A DNA stretch of 64,000 bases from Nitrospirota bacterium (GCA_963701855.1 CAVPBK010000006.1:800001-864000), one strand, 5' to 3'; positions 41,048 through 52,400 are shown, counted from the stretch's first letter. Made by a program: numbers and translations. Notes: generated by a model not told the origin, from the sequence alone.

Positions 41048-41317
41048 TCAGTCGGTGGAATGAACCGATGCCGTAGAAGTCGGCTCGGGATTGGCGGCCT
41101 GTTGGGCGATATCGGCTTTGGCAACCAAGTCCTCTGTGCCCCAATCACGAATCGCCTCAAGCGTGAAGGCCTCATAGGTCGAGACGCCGTGGCAGGTCGG
41201 ACAGTCCGGCATCGGCACCTTGCGATAGAAGACTTCTGACAAGCACGACATGCACATCCAATAGGGTGGTTCCCCCTCGCGTTGCGGAACAGACCAAAAC
41301 GATTGTATTGCAGACAT
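41048..41317 (-). CDS. Small zinc-ribbon-like protein
   Basis: CMSC...CPTC; co-oriented in the operon with an AGGA RBS. Confidence 0.7.
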   Translation of the reverse strand: MSAIQSFWSVPQREGEPPYWMCMSCLSEVFYRKVPMPDCPTCHGVSTYEAFTLEAIRDWGTEDLVAKADIAQQAANPEPTSTASVHSTD

Positions 41318-41326
41318 AGGTAATCC

Positions 41327-42034
41327 TTAGTGAATGATGAATGGACTGTTCTGTGCCACCGCCGTCAACCCGTGAGGCTCAGCGGGTTCTCCCTGGGAGC
41401 GTGGGGCAGTAGCCAACATGCGATCGATCTCCTCCGCAAACTGATCGAACGGGACTGCGCCGGGAATCGCAACCGCCGGCTCTTTTTCAGTGGGCCCACT
41501 CGCCGTTCGCATCAGAATAAAACCTGGGGTGCCATGAAACCCCCACCGGTTCGCCTCGTTACGATCCTGAAAAATAGATTCGAGATATTGCCGTTCGTCG
41601 AAACATTTGGCAAACACCGTCTGGTCCAAGCCGATCGTTTTCGCGTAACCTTTGAATGATCCCGAGTCCAAGCGGCCTCGTTCGCTGAAGAGCCGATCGT
41701 GCATCAGCCAATATCGACCCTGGGCTCCGGCACAACGGGCTGCCACCGCCGCCTCAACGCCGACTCCCTGGTCTGATCGAGGATAGTCGCGATAGATAAA
41801 CCGAACTTTCCCCGTATCGATATATTTGGCCTGCAGACGCGGCCAGGTCTCCTGAAAGAACTTCGCACAGTACCCGCACGTGAAGTCGGAATACTCGATC
41901 ATGGTGATCGGTGCGTCCGCGTTTCCTCTGATTCGTCCGTCGTCCATAACCGACCCAGCGCCAGCCTGAGTCAGCTGCATGAGCAACAGCAGTCCCGCCA
42001 CAGCAACTGTACGAAAAAAATACGTGCCCATCAT
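41327..42034 (-). CDS. DsbA/thioredoxin-like protein
   Basis: Signal peptide, EYSDFTCGYC, GTPGF. Confidence 0.88.
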   Translation of the reverse strand: MMGTYFFRTVAVAGLLLLMQLTQAGAGSVMDDGRIRGNADAPITMIEYSDFTCGYCAKFFQETWPRLQAKYIDTGKVRFIYRDYPRSDQGVGVEAAVAARCAGAQGRYWLMHDRLFSERGRLDSGSFKGYAKTIGLDQTVFAKCFDERQYLESIFQDRNEANRWGFHGTPGFILMRTASGPTEKEPAVAIPGAVPFDQFAEEIDRMLATAPRSQGEPAEPHGLTAVAQNSPFIIH

Positions 42035-43137
42035 GTCTGAAAAGTACGCTTTGCTTTCAGGCGTTCCAGCAGCCCGACCATGAGGAGAGGCCAGACAATC
42101 GTGGCATCGCTCAATACTTCAGCAAAACGTCCTCCTGCTTCTGGCGGAACAAACTTTCCCCACGAAAGGCCTTCTTGATAGGTGCAACCACTCAATCCGC
42201 CCAAATGATCCGGATCCGGACAGATGCGTACCCCATACTGGAATCGAGGCGGCTCCACATTGAGCCCGAGCCGTGTATTACAGATCTCAATGTAGGGACC
42301 GACTTGTTGCGCCCAATTACGCGGCACTCCCCCACCGATCGTAAAGATCCCACGCCGCTTGGCCGAGATAACATGACTCGCATAACTGTTGAGATCGAGG
42401 TAGGGATTGAAGGACGGATAGGAGCGATGAATCGCGCGCAGCACCTCAAGATCATCGCTTCCCTTTGCCTGAGCACGAACACGATCGAGATCTCGACTCA
42501 TAGCCCAAGTTCCAAGGTCCAGCCCCATCTCGGAATCGGTAAAGGCAGGGATGAAGACCGGAACCTTTTTCAGATAGGCGCTTTTGAGAATACCCGTTCC
42601 GTCATATTCTTCCGCGAGCGTCTTCCCCAGCTCACGAGTGAGAATTTCGGAAGAAAGAGACTGGTCCTGATCCATCCGCTTCATTGTTCGGGCGACGACT
42701 TGCTCAACATAGTTGAGATTAGACTCCATCTCCAGCGTATCGTAGACCCTATTGTAGCCCTTCTCGAACAACTCTTGATCGGACATCGACGGGTGGTGCC
42801 GATAGTGTGTTTTGCCAACCGACTCGCTCAGCCCATGGGCAATCAATGCCCCGGTCGAAACAACACATTGCACCATCTCTTGATCGATCATCGCGCTGAT
42901 GATCTTGCCCATCTTGGCAATGGTCATCGCCCCTGACAGTGTCAGTACGACGAAGCAGTCCGGGTCTTCGATCATTGCCCAAAGCACTTCGTAGGCTTCG
43001 CCCACCCTGCGACCCCCAAAGGCTGTCTTGCGCATAGCGGTCAACAAGCCGTCGAAGGTCTCGATCTGTTCCGGGTCAAAAGGCTCAAGTGCTTCGAGCC
43101 CATCTTGCGCCCCATCGTGGAATTCTCGTGCACCCAT
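42031..43137 (-). CDS. Deoxyhypusine-synthase-like protein (probable homospermidine/aminobutyl transferase)
   Basis: LSGAMT, NRVYD, PAFTDSEMG, IGGGVPRNWAQQ, GGLSGCTYQEGLSWGK with the active-site Lys; start ATG 43137. Confidence 0.85.
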   Translation of the reverse strand: MGAREFHDGAQDGLEALEPFDPEQIETFDGLLTAMRKTAFGGRRVGEAYEVLWAMIEDPDCFVVLTLSGAMTIAKMGKIISAMIDQEMVQCVVSTGALIAHGLSESVGKTHYRHHPSMSDQELFEKGYNRVYDTLEMESNLNYVEQVVARTMKRMDQDQSLSSEILTRELGKTLAEEYDGTGILKSAYLKKVPVFIPAFTDSEMGLDLGTWAMSRDLDRVRAQAKGSDDLEVLRAIHRSYPSFNPYLDLNSYASHVISAKRRGIFTIGGGVPRNWAQQVGPYIEICNTRLGLNVEPPRFQYGVRICPDPDHLGGLSGCTYQEGLSWGKFVPPEAGGRFAEVLSDATIVWPLLMVGLLERLKAKRTFQT

Positions 43138-43574
43138 GGAAAGTCTGCCTATCATGAAAAGTGAATGGAGAAATGGCGCATTCTTTATACACAACCAACG
43201 ATAGAGGCGTCAACGAAGTGGCACCCGAGAAATCCCGCGACATATCTTGATTCATGAGGACGCACGATCTGTCCATCGATCCACTTCAATTGAAGAGAAT
43301 AGGGTGACAGGGCGCGATCAACATGGTCCTGAGTCAACGAGCCGTGATTCAACAAACCTCCACGACATATGCACGTAGACGCACGACCTGTCTCACCGAA
43401 AATAAGCATACGAAGATCTCCCGAGAGGAGTTATTCTTGTGCCAAACACAATTCAATATCTCTGGGTCGCGCGAACGGTTCTATGAGGAAGGCTCCTAAT
43501 CCGAAGGGATTTTTCACGCGCAATCATTCTTGGGAAAGAAGGGGGGGGCAAAGCCAAGCGAGCTGATGTGGTGG

Positions 43575-44809
43575 TGACGTCTCCCCGGAAAACGACGGCA
43601 TTTTGAAACTGGAGTACGATGGCGCTTCGGTGGTCACGCACGAAAGGAGCGGACCTATGAAGCGGTCGAAGTTTTCGGAGGAGCAGATCGTGTGTGCCAT
43701 CCGCCAAGCCGAATCTGGCACCCCCGTCGGCGACCTCTGCCGACAGCTCGGGGTGAGTGACGGCACCTTCTACGCCTGGAAGAAGCAGTACGCGCACCTT
43801 GGCGTGAGTGAACTGCGCCGACTTCGGCAAGTAGAAGAAGAAAATAGCCGGTTGAAGCGGCTCGTGGCGGATCTCTCGCTCGATACGCCCATGTGGTCGA
43901 AGGCCCTGAGAAAAAAAGTCTAAGGCCCGCCCGCCTCCGGGAACTGGCCCAGTGGTTTCACGGGACGTTTCAGGTGAGTGGTGCGCGGGCCTGTCGCCTG
44001 GCCCAGGTCGGACGGGCCGCGTGGGATCGACGGAGTCGAGCCCAGGATCAGTCGGCGCGGCGGCGGCGGATTCGGGATCTATCTGGCTCATGCCCGGCCC
44101 CGGCTTGGGCCTCTGCGGATCTGAGTGTTGCTGCGTCGGGAAGGCTGGCTGGTCAATCGGCAGCGCGTCCGACGACTCGACAGACTCGAGGGCGTGCAAC
44201 TACGCATACGGGTGCGGCGACGGAAGCCCATCGCGCGGCACCGAGGACCGGCTCCGATGCCGGTGGGACCGACGGAGCGCTGGAGCAGGGATTTCATACA
44301 TGCTCCCCTGGGCGATGGACGGCCCTTCCGGATCCTGACGGTCGTCGATAACGGGAGTCGGCACAGTCCTGTGTTAGAGGCAGGGATTCGGAGGACGGGA
44401 GAGAGGGTCGGTCAAGTGCTCGATTGTGTCGTAGGCCCACACGTCGGCCCACGATCCATCACGGTGGATCATGGGACAGAATTTCAATCACGAGCGCTCG
44501 AAGAGTGGGCCTATCGTCGGGGCGTGCCGCTCGACTTTATTCGGCCCGGCAAACCGGTAGAACACGCCGTCCTTGAATCGTTTCATGGTCGACTGCGCGA
44601 TGAATGGTTGACCGTACATCCATTCACCTCGATGGTCGAGGCCCAAGACATCATCGAAGCCTGGCGGTTCGATGATAATCAGCGCCGCCCGCATAGCTCA
44701 CTCGGACACCTGACGCCGAATGAGTTCATCAGGCAACGTCAGGCTGAACAGATCGCCGAAGAAGTCGTCGGCTCTAGGTAAGAACCGTCCCAGAATGGGG
44801 CCAACGTCA
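43575..44809 (+). mobile_element. IS3-family insertion sequence (decayed)
   Basis: TG...CA ends with imperfect IRs (TGACGTctCCCC / GGGGccaACGTCA), orfA 43657-43923, A7G slippery site 43911-43918, DDE-type orfB. Confidence 0.92.
43911..44781 (+). pseudogene. IS3 OrfB transposase, inactivated
   Basis: ATCT duplication at 44077-44084 shifts the frame, TGA at 44122-44124, and many conserved residues are substituted. Confidence 0.85.
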
Positions 44810-44958
44810 GGAACAGAATCGACCCACAAACCTTTCTTCACTTCTCGTGCGTCCTTCTCTAGCCCTTCCAGCACCGTATCTCCCGCCGCATACTTCCGCT
44901 ACTACCATGCCAAAACGACCGGGGGTTTCTAGTGGAGAAGTCAGCTGAGGGCTTCCGG

Positions 44959-45666
44959 TTATGGGGAAGGCTGTGAAACCGCACTCAGGGCAGCTTCTAA
45001 ATCCTGAAGCGCGTTGAGCACTGTCTTACACTCTGCTCGAGTGATCACTGTCTGGGTTCTCAATTTCGAATAAAGTATGGTGTATTGTTCTGCTCTGAGA
45101 ATCCTTGCGCTCTCCGCCAGCTCTTGAAGCAATCGACCAAGGTTGTCAGAAATCGCTTCTCCTGATTCCGCTTGTTCCGCTATCACGCTTGGCATTGCTA
45201 TGCCTAACTGAGCGACAAACGTTTTGACCAGATCATCATATTCCTGCGCTACAAGGCCCAAGTTGTTCATGACGTGATGTTTGCTCTGTAAAACTAGGGG
45301 ATGTTGTTTTAGCATCGCTTGGACCCTGGTGAGCAGCGTCACTTTATCAACAGGTTTGGCCAGAAACGCATCACACCCAAGATTGCTGGCCCTTTGGACA
45401 GTTCCCACTTGAGATTGTGCCGATACGACAATGATCGGTAGATTGTTAAATGGAGCTGTCTTCCTGATTTTCGCAATTAACTCCAACCCATCCATATCGG
45501 GCATATTGAGGTCTGTGACAATCAGCTGAATGTCATTTGTACTTGTAAGACTCGCCAGCGCATCTTTTGCGGTCCTTGCTAGTTGAGTGCGATACCCACC
45601 CTTTTCGAGAAACTTCTCAAGAAGCAGTGCATTGACGGGATTATCTTCTACAATTAGGATCGACAC
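44959..45666 (-). CDS. Response regulator with helical (Hpt-like) C-terminal region
   Basis: ILIVEDN, TDLNMPDMDG, FLAKPV; GAGGAG RBS before GTG. Confidence 0.8.
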   Translation of the reverse strand: MSILIVEDNPVNALLLEKFLEKGGYRTQLARTAKDALASLTSTNDIQLIVTDLNMPDMDGLELIAKIRKTAPFNNLPIIVVSAQSQVGTVQRASNLGCDAFLAKPVDKVTLLTRVQAMLKQHPLVLQSKHHVMNNLGLVAQEYDDLVKTFVAQLGIAMPSVIAEQAESGEAISDNLGRLLQELAESARILRAEQYTILYSKLRTQTVITRAECKTVLNALQDLEAALSAVSQPSP

Positions 45667-46095
45667 AGTACTCCTCTTTGGTGATTGTGATGGTCAGCAA
45701 CGTCGTCAAATGGCGCAGCTCATCGGAAATATTTCGGACGTTTCTCCATAGATCTTGAGTGGTCACTTGCTGTGCCTCCGACTTTCAGAGGTACGAAACC
45801 TGGGGAACGAAGTTGGTATAAGTGGGTTTGCTGGGATGGCGCGCCACGTCTCACCCGGGTTAGCTGCTCCGTCTTCGTGGAGCCCATCCGAGGGGAGTAA
45901 GGTCTGGAGATTATCGGCTTTCTGGTCCCGTTGATGGCGGAATCAGGCCGCGCAAGCGGGAAACGGGCGATACCTTGGCTGGAGGAAATTGTCAAACGGC
46001 GGCCAGGTCCTCGATGCGACGAAGTCGAAGACTTGGTCTTTCTCAGGGCAGTGATGTCGCTGAGGCGGCCCCTGATCGCGACCAGCTACTGCTCA

Positions 46096-46365
46096 TCATG
46101 ATGTGTTCCTCCCTACCGGACCTGAGTTATCGAACGCCTCCCGTCCCGTCAGTTCCAAATCAATAGACTCTTCCAGGCGTATGTAGGTATGACCGGTCAA
46201 CGCGATGCGGCTTGCTTCGGCAAATGCTAGTGCATCAGCAGCGCTCTGGAACCTAGCCGCCTTTGATTTCAGTATGGTTGAATATCCATCAATGGCGATA
46301 TAGCAAGACCCGGAAGTTACTTTTTGCTGTGAGCTAACGACGATAACAAACCTCATCTGTTTCAT
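46096..46365 (-). CDS. Hypothetical protein
   Basis: GGAG RBS; preceded by a conserved operator/-10 arrangement. Confidence 0.5.
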   Translation of the reverse strand: MKQMRFVIVVSSQQKVTSGSCYIAIDGYSTILKSKAARFQSAADALAFAEASRIALTGHTYIRLEESIDLELTGREAFDNSGPVGRNTS

Positions 46366-46431
46366 CTTCTCTCCCGTTGAAGTGGGTACGTGGGGTGCTC
46401 CGCATCATGCACTGAACGCGCCATGTGGGAA

Positions 46432-46470
46432 GTAGGAGCTGTGCTAGTAGTGGCGTAAGGAATGGCCTAC
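46432..46470 (-). promoter_or_regulatory. Tandem palindromic operator, copy 1
   Basis: GTAGG-N6-GCTAG-N7-GTAAG-N6-CCTAC; same architecture as 47976-48014. Confidence 0.6.
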
Positions 46471-46517
46471 GACACGCTAGGAGGCTGTATTGGGAACTTG
46501 TGGGGATTGTTGTGGGG

Positions 46518-46958
46518 TTAAGGGACTAATAACCTCAGATCAGTGCGCTTCTGTGGGGTCATGCCGAGGGATTTTCGTACTTCTTCGGCGAGTGTGATAG
46601 TCACCTGGTGTACCCGCTGCTCGAGTTGACGAGTGAGCGTCTCACCCCGCCGACTCAGTCGCAAATGCATGACACGGGTATCCACGCCCGACCGGCGTTT
46701 GGTGACCCACCGCTTCCGCACGAGGTCGTTCACGACTTCAGTCAAAGTCGGCTGCCTCACACAAAGCGCCTTGGCCGCATCCGTCAGTTTGGTCTCCGCG
46801 TGACGACTCACATAGAGAAGTAGGGCAGCTTGGAGGGGCGTTACGCGGTGGGATTCCAGGCTTCGTCTGAACTGCCCGTGCCATTGCAGCACTCGCTCCA
46901 GGGTGGTCACATCCGCATGGCCGTTCTTCATTGCTCGCTCTTTCGTCATGGGTAACAT
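46518..46958 (-). CDS. MarR-family transcriptional regulator
   Basis: VTPLQAALL, PTLTEVVNDLVRKRWV, DTRV..L.L...G winged-helix pattern. Confidence 0.8.
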   Translation of the reverse strand: MLPMTKERAMKNGHADVTTLERVLQWHGQFRRSLESHRVTPLQAALLLYVSRHAETKLTDAAKALCVRQPTLTEVVNDLVRKRWVTKRRSGVDTRVMHLRLSRRGETLTRQLEQRVHQVTITLAEEVRKSLGMTPQKRTDLRLLVP

Positions 46959-47229
46959 TCTCCCTAACTTCTAAATAAATAGGATCGTCTGTCTGCCGAA
47001 AAGGCCTGACACCATGCAGAGCCGAGCCGTGTACTTCAGATTCCGCCATGGTCGCACTGCATGCACACGGAGGCGAGTGCGCCTGCACAGGGCTTCCATA
47101 GCGGTTTCTAAACCAACGCCTCGCGACGACACCCCTGGCGTCGGGCTACCTCTCCACCCATCCAGTTCAGCCTTCATCACGCCGCTCCCGTTGTTCTCTA
47201 CTCGATCCGATCAAGAGGCAATCTCTCAA

Positions 47230-47616
47230 TCACCGCAGTGCCGCTGTCGCGGGGGTGGGAGTCCTGAGAAGGCCCTTGAGTGTGTCCGCCAGGAGTTTCA
47301 GCGAGGAGCCTTTTAGTATGAACTCGCTCACCCCAAGCGCACGGACTTGCCGTTCCGTCTCCGAGGTACTATCTCCCGTCAAAATGATCACCGGCTGGTT
47401 GAGATCGACACTACGTATCTGTTTTAAGACCGTGACCCCATTGAGCTCCGGCATGTTCAGATCAAGAAGAATGACATCGGGGTGTTCCCGGCTATAGAGC
47501 TCTAGGCCCTTCCACCCATTCTCGGCGAGTACCACCTCATATCCCTGCTGACGGAGTAGCACGTCGAGGAGTGCTCGAACGTTCGGCTGATCATCAATTA
47601 TCAGAATTTTTGCCAT
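47230..47616 (-). CDS. Stand-alone response regulator
   Basis: ILIIDD, LLDLNMP, IILTG, FILKG. Confidence 0.85.
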   Translation of the reverse strand: MAKILIIDDQPNVRALLDVLLRQQGYEVVLAENGWKGLELYSREHPDVILLDLNMPELNGVTVLKQIRSVDLNQPVIILTGDSTSETERQVRALGVSEFILKGSSLKLLADTLKGLLRTPTPATAALR

Positions 47617-47639
47617 GACTTCTCCAGAGTAAAGTTGCC

Positions 47640-47897
47640 TCAGCATTCTAGGCGTTGGCTCGTACGCTCCCCTTCGGCAACGGGATGTTGAACTGAAGAT
47701 ACATCATGGGAGCCGAGGGAGATCTGATAGGAGAAGAAACCGAGTCGCAGAAGGAACACCCGTCTGTCCCGCGACATCCGATCAACGGCGACGAAAATTT
47801 CTCCCCAGCTGAAATAGGGAAGTCCCGTGACGATCTCGTCAAAGCAGCAGGGACCGCTCCGCAGCTTTTCAATTATCGCTTCATCTATGGGCTGCAT
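47640..47897 (-). CDS. Small hypothetical protein (possible winged-helix)
   Basis: GGAGGAGG RBS, co-oriented with the receiver gene. Confidence 0.55.
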   Translation of the reverse strand: MQPIDEAIIEKLRSGPCCFDEIVTGLPYFSWGEIFVAVDRMSRDRRVFLLRLGFFSYQISLGSHDVSSVQHPVAEGERTSQRLEC

Positions 47898-47975
47898 GGC
47901 GTCAAACCTCCTCCGGTTGAAGTGAGGCGCTAGCGAGAGTGCCTTGTACTATGGACCGGAATGCGTCGTTGGCAA

Positions 47976-48014
47976 GTAGGAACTGCCCTAAAATTGGAGT
48001 AAGAAATCTCCTAC
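47976..48014 (-). promoter_or_regulatory. Tandem palindromic operator, copy 2
   Basis: GTAGG-N6-CCTAA-N7-GTAAG-N6-CCTAC. Confidence 0.6.
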
Positions 48015-48159
48015 GAAACCGGCCAAGAAACGGATCGGCACATTATTCATGATGCTTTTGCTTGAGCTATGCCGCCCATTGTAGGACTGGACTGACATAC
48101 ACAGCCCCAACGGTGGGGTAGAGTTTCCCCGGCGCAGTTCACGCGGGTAATGCCGGTCG

Positions 48160-48611
48160 ATGTCTTCGATCCCGGAACACCCCACCACTTCAGTCCTTCT
48201 CATCGATGGGAACGCCAACGACCGAGCGTTCTATGCAGAGGGATTAAGGAGGTGCACCTGTGATTATGAGATCATAGAAGCCACGGACCGACTATCAGGG
48301 CGTGCCCTCTACCAGTCTCGGCAAATTGATTGCGCGGTGCTCGAACTTGCATCGCCTGATGATTCGGGTTTCCAGATATTGGTGGACTTAGTTCCACGCC
48401 TCAGCAGGCCGCACGTTCCCGTGATTATACTTACCCAGTTTACACATCGAGGAGCGTGGGAAGCAGCCAAGCAAAATGGGGCTATGTCTGCCTGGCAAAA
48501 ACATTCTCGTCCGGTGAGGATTTGGATAACGCCATTCAGCGTGCGATGGCGTTTGTGGGACAGACGCCCAAGGAAGATCGTTGCTGGCCCATCTTGAGAA
48601 GTCAGAGATGA
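48160..48611 (+). pseudogene. Atypical receiver domain, frameshifted near 48482
   Basis: Receiver pattern with Glu at the phospho-Asp position (VLELASP). Restoring one base gives NGAYVCLAK...EDLDNAIQRAM, the expected receiver C-terminus. Confidence 0.65.
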
Positions 48612-49470
48612 TTTCTGGATCAGCACACGTCCTGCATTGGCAAACCCGCAATTGAATGAATTACTAGTAGCAGGGTGACTTGTGAAGCCCATCTCAAATA
48701 TCAGATTAATTTATTCTGGCCTCCCCAAATGCATAGCATGCAAGCGAGTTCTCCAGAAGAACCAAGCAGTCGGGCCGGTCTGTTTGGAATGTTTCAATGA
48801 GCGAATTGCAGCTCCGAAGACATAACTTCAAATAGCCCACTCCCCCTTCCCCAATCGAGACGCGGTTCCCCCTTCATTCAGGAAAAGTTGTCCATATTCC
48901 CTAGCGCATACGTTCAATACCACCAGCACCAGCCGTCTTTGACCAGCGTGTGGTTGACGTGGGTGCCATCCAGCATGATCAAGTCAGCAAGGGTGCGCCC
49001 GCGCTAGGACGCGAGTTTTTGAGTGTCCCATCTAATCAAATTTGATTCACCATCGAATCGTTTTCGATTCATCTGGACTGGTTCCATCCTCGTGTAGGAA
49101 ATCAGCACAGGCACAATTTTGGGAAACACAGCAGTCTGCGACCGAGGACAAGTGCATTTCAGATTAGGCATGTGGCTTGCTGGATGATGAGTTAGTTCGT
49201 ATCTCAATTTCTGCAAGATAAGGGACACGAGGCTAAAGATGGAAAGCCTTGTGGTAGGGCTGTGGCGCTGTATTTGAAACCCGTGATGCCTGTTCCCCGA
49301 TCCTGACCTGAAGCAGTCTTAGACACGCGTTCTAGCGTAGATGGTTGCTGATAGGGGACCTGACGTAGTCATTATAGGATCTTCATGGCGTGCTACTAAC
49401 GAGGGGGATCTGTTGAAGTAGATCAAGCGTAGCATCCTCATGGCCTGAGACCGACAAGGGAGTATGCGTT

Positions 49471-52400
49471 ATGGCACAAATCACTGGCTCATCCACGATC
49501 GATTGGTCAGGTATATTGCTTGGACAAGTTAATATTGAGACCGATATCGCCAAGTTCGCCACTCGAGTCGATCAGATAGTTACTGAGTTGGTTAACTTCC
49601 AGGTTACCCCTGTCTTCGTAAGTTCGACAACATTTGTCGGAGACCTTTCTACGGGGGGAAGGCTGACGCTCACGGGTTCAGGGTTCGGCGATGTACTCAA
49701 CTCGTTCGACTTTAAGAATCCCCCGGATGGCACCGGTGAGGTGATCCGGTTCACCGGCACCCTCGATGGCATCGGCAAGGATGTGCTGACCTCCGCCACC
49801 ATCGGATCCACGGGCTTCTCAGAAACAATCAAGGGCAACATCACTATTTCTCCGAACTGGCCGTTTGACTCCGCAAACTATACGGGCACGTTGACCTCGT
49901 TGGTCGTGAAGATTGGCGGTGCCACGGAAATCCTCAGCGGCAACTTCCACCTGACAGGCGACCTCCTCAGCGCGAGCCTGACAGGCACGGTAGCGGGGAT
50001 CTTGGTCGGTTCAGGCGCTAATACAATCAAGATGACGGGCCTGTCGATGTCGCTCGATGTGCTCCAAGCCGCGCTCGGGTCCCCTGAACTGGATTCAGTC
50101 GATGATCTCTTCGCCTTTCTGAATAACCACCTTCCTGGCAACGACACGATTACCTATGCCAACAACTCGAGCGTCGGGATGACGTTTTACGGCGGTGGCG
50201 GCAACGACACGATGACCATTAGCGGACCCAACGCAGATACGCTGAATGGTGGCGTGGGCAACGACACACTGAATGGAGGTGCGGGCAACGATACGCTGCT
50301 GGGTGGGGACGGCAACGATGTTTTCCTGATCAGGTCTGCCACGGATCATGGGGTGGGAGAGGTCATCGACGGGGGTGCGGGCAGCGACGTCATCCGTTTC
50401 ACCAGCACCAACGGGGGTCAGATCCTGACGCTAGCTACGGGCGTCACGACGGTTGAGAGCGTGGTGATCAGCACCGCAGCGGGTGTCACCACCGGCACCA
50501 CTGCGCTCAACGTGGACGCCTCCGCCGTGGGCAACGGCCTGTCACTCACCGGCAACGCAGGTGCGAACAGACTCACCGGTACCAGCACTAACGATACCAT
50601 GAACGGGGGGGCGGGCAACGACACGCTGATCGGCGGTGCGGGGGAGGATACAGTCACCGGCGGCACCGGGAATGACCGCATCGTTATGCTGGTCACCGGG
50701 GGCAATGTGGACGTTGCGGACGGAGTCGCGGGCAACGACACGCTGGCGCTCGTCGGCGCGATCGATGGGGACGGCGTGGTGGTGGTTGATTTGTCCTCGC
50801 TGACCGACCAGGTAACCCACATCGGCACGGTCGATCCTGAGAAGCTGGTCCAAAAGAATTTCGAGAATCTGGATGCCTCGGGGCTTGGCAGTTCAGTGCA
50901 CGCGACCGGCAGTGCCGACGCCAATATCATCATCGGTTCGGACGATACCGACAGCATCAATGGCGGCGCTGGCAACGACACGCTGAATGGGGGCGCAGGC
51001 GACGATACGTTGCTGGGCGGGGACGGCAACGATGTGTTCTTGATCGGGAATGCCGCGGACCATGGCGGGGGCGAGGTGATTGATGGGGGTACGGGCGCTG
51101 ACGTAATCCGCTTCACCAGCATCACCGATGGTGACGGGTTGGTCCTCAGAGCACAGATCACAGGGGTGGAGAGCGTGGTGATTGGCAATGCTGCGGGGCT
51201 GACCACCGACACGACCAGGCTCGACGTGAATGCGATCAGTGTGGGCTACGGCCTGTCTCTCACCGGCAACGCAGGCGATAACCAGCTTGTCGGGACTGAT
51301 TTCAATGACGTGCTCAATGGCGGTGGCGGCGACGACAGCCTCAACGGGGGCTTGGGCACCAATACGCTTATTGGAGGTACTGGGAACGACCTTCTGGACG
51401 GGTCGGGAGGCACAAACACACTGATCGGGGGCGCGGGGAACGACCAATATGTTATCGACTCCTCCACCGACGTGGTCATTGAAGCGCTGAATGCCGGCAC
51501 CGACTTGGTCATCAGTTTTATAGAGACGTGCACCCTTGGGCTCAATGTGGAAAACCTGATTCTGGTTGGCAACAATACTCAAAACGGCACCGGTAATGCG
51601 CTGAATAACATCATTTATGGCAACGTCAGCAGCAACCAGCTCTCCGGGCTCGCGGGCAATGACACGCTGACCGGCGACTGGGGGGAAGACATCGTCGACG
51701 GAGGGGCTGGCAACGACCGCATCGTCATGCTGGTGACTGCTGGGGATGTGGATACTGCGGACGGGGGCACGGGCACCGACACGCTGGTACTCGGCGGCGC
51801 GGTCGGGGGCAACGGCATCGTGGTCGTCAATTTGGTGGCGGGTGCAGGCGACCAGGTCACGTTCAGTGATGATACCCTGGTGCAGAACAATTTCGAGAAT
51901 CTGGATGCCTCGTATCTGTCCCTTGGTGGATCAGTGACTGTCACGGGCAGTGCCGGCGCCAATAGCCTCATCGGCTCAAGAGGCACCGACACCATCAACG
52001 GCGGCGGCGGCAACGACACGCTGGATGGGGGCGCGGGCGACGATACGCTGAATGGGGGGAACGGCAACGATGTCATCTTGATCGGGAATGCTGCTGATCA
52101 TGGCGGGGGCGAGGTAATCAACGGGGGGACAGGCACGGACGTGATCCGCTTCACCAGCACCACCGATGGTGAGGGGTTGGTCCTCAGAGCACAGGTCACG
52201 GGGGTGGAGAGCGTGGTGATCGCGAATGCGGCGGGGCTCACGACCGGCACGACCGCACTCAACGTGGATGCGTCTGCACTCAGTAGCGGGCTCTCCCTCA
52301 CCGGCAACGCGGGCGACAACGTGCTGACCGGCACCGGCGGGAACAACATCCTGAACGGGGGCGCGGGCAACGATACCTTAAATGGTGGAGGCGGCATCAA

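Noticed and set aside
43571..44813. Target-site duplication around the IS3
   Set aside because: Flanks GTGG and GGAA do not match; the duplication is lost or the flank has been rearranged.
48639..48700. Possible c-di-GMP-I riboswitch (GGCAAACCC) upstream of the RTX gene
   Set aside because: No GNRA-capped P2 or GACGCAAAGC partner follows.
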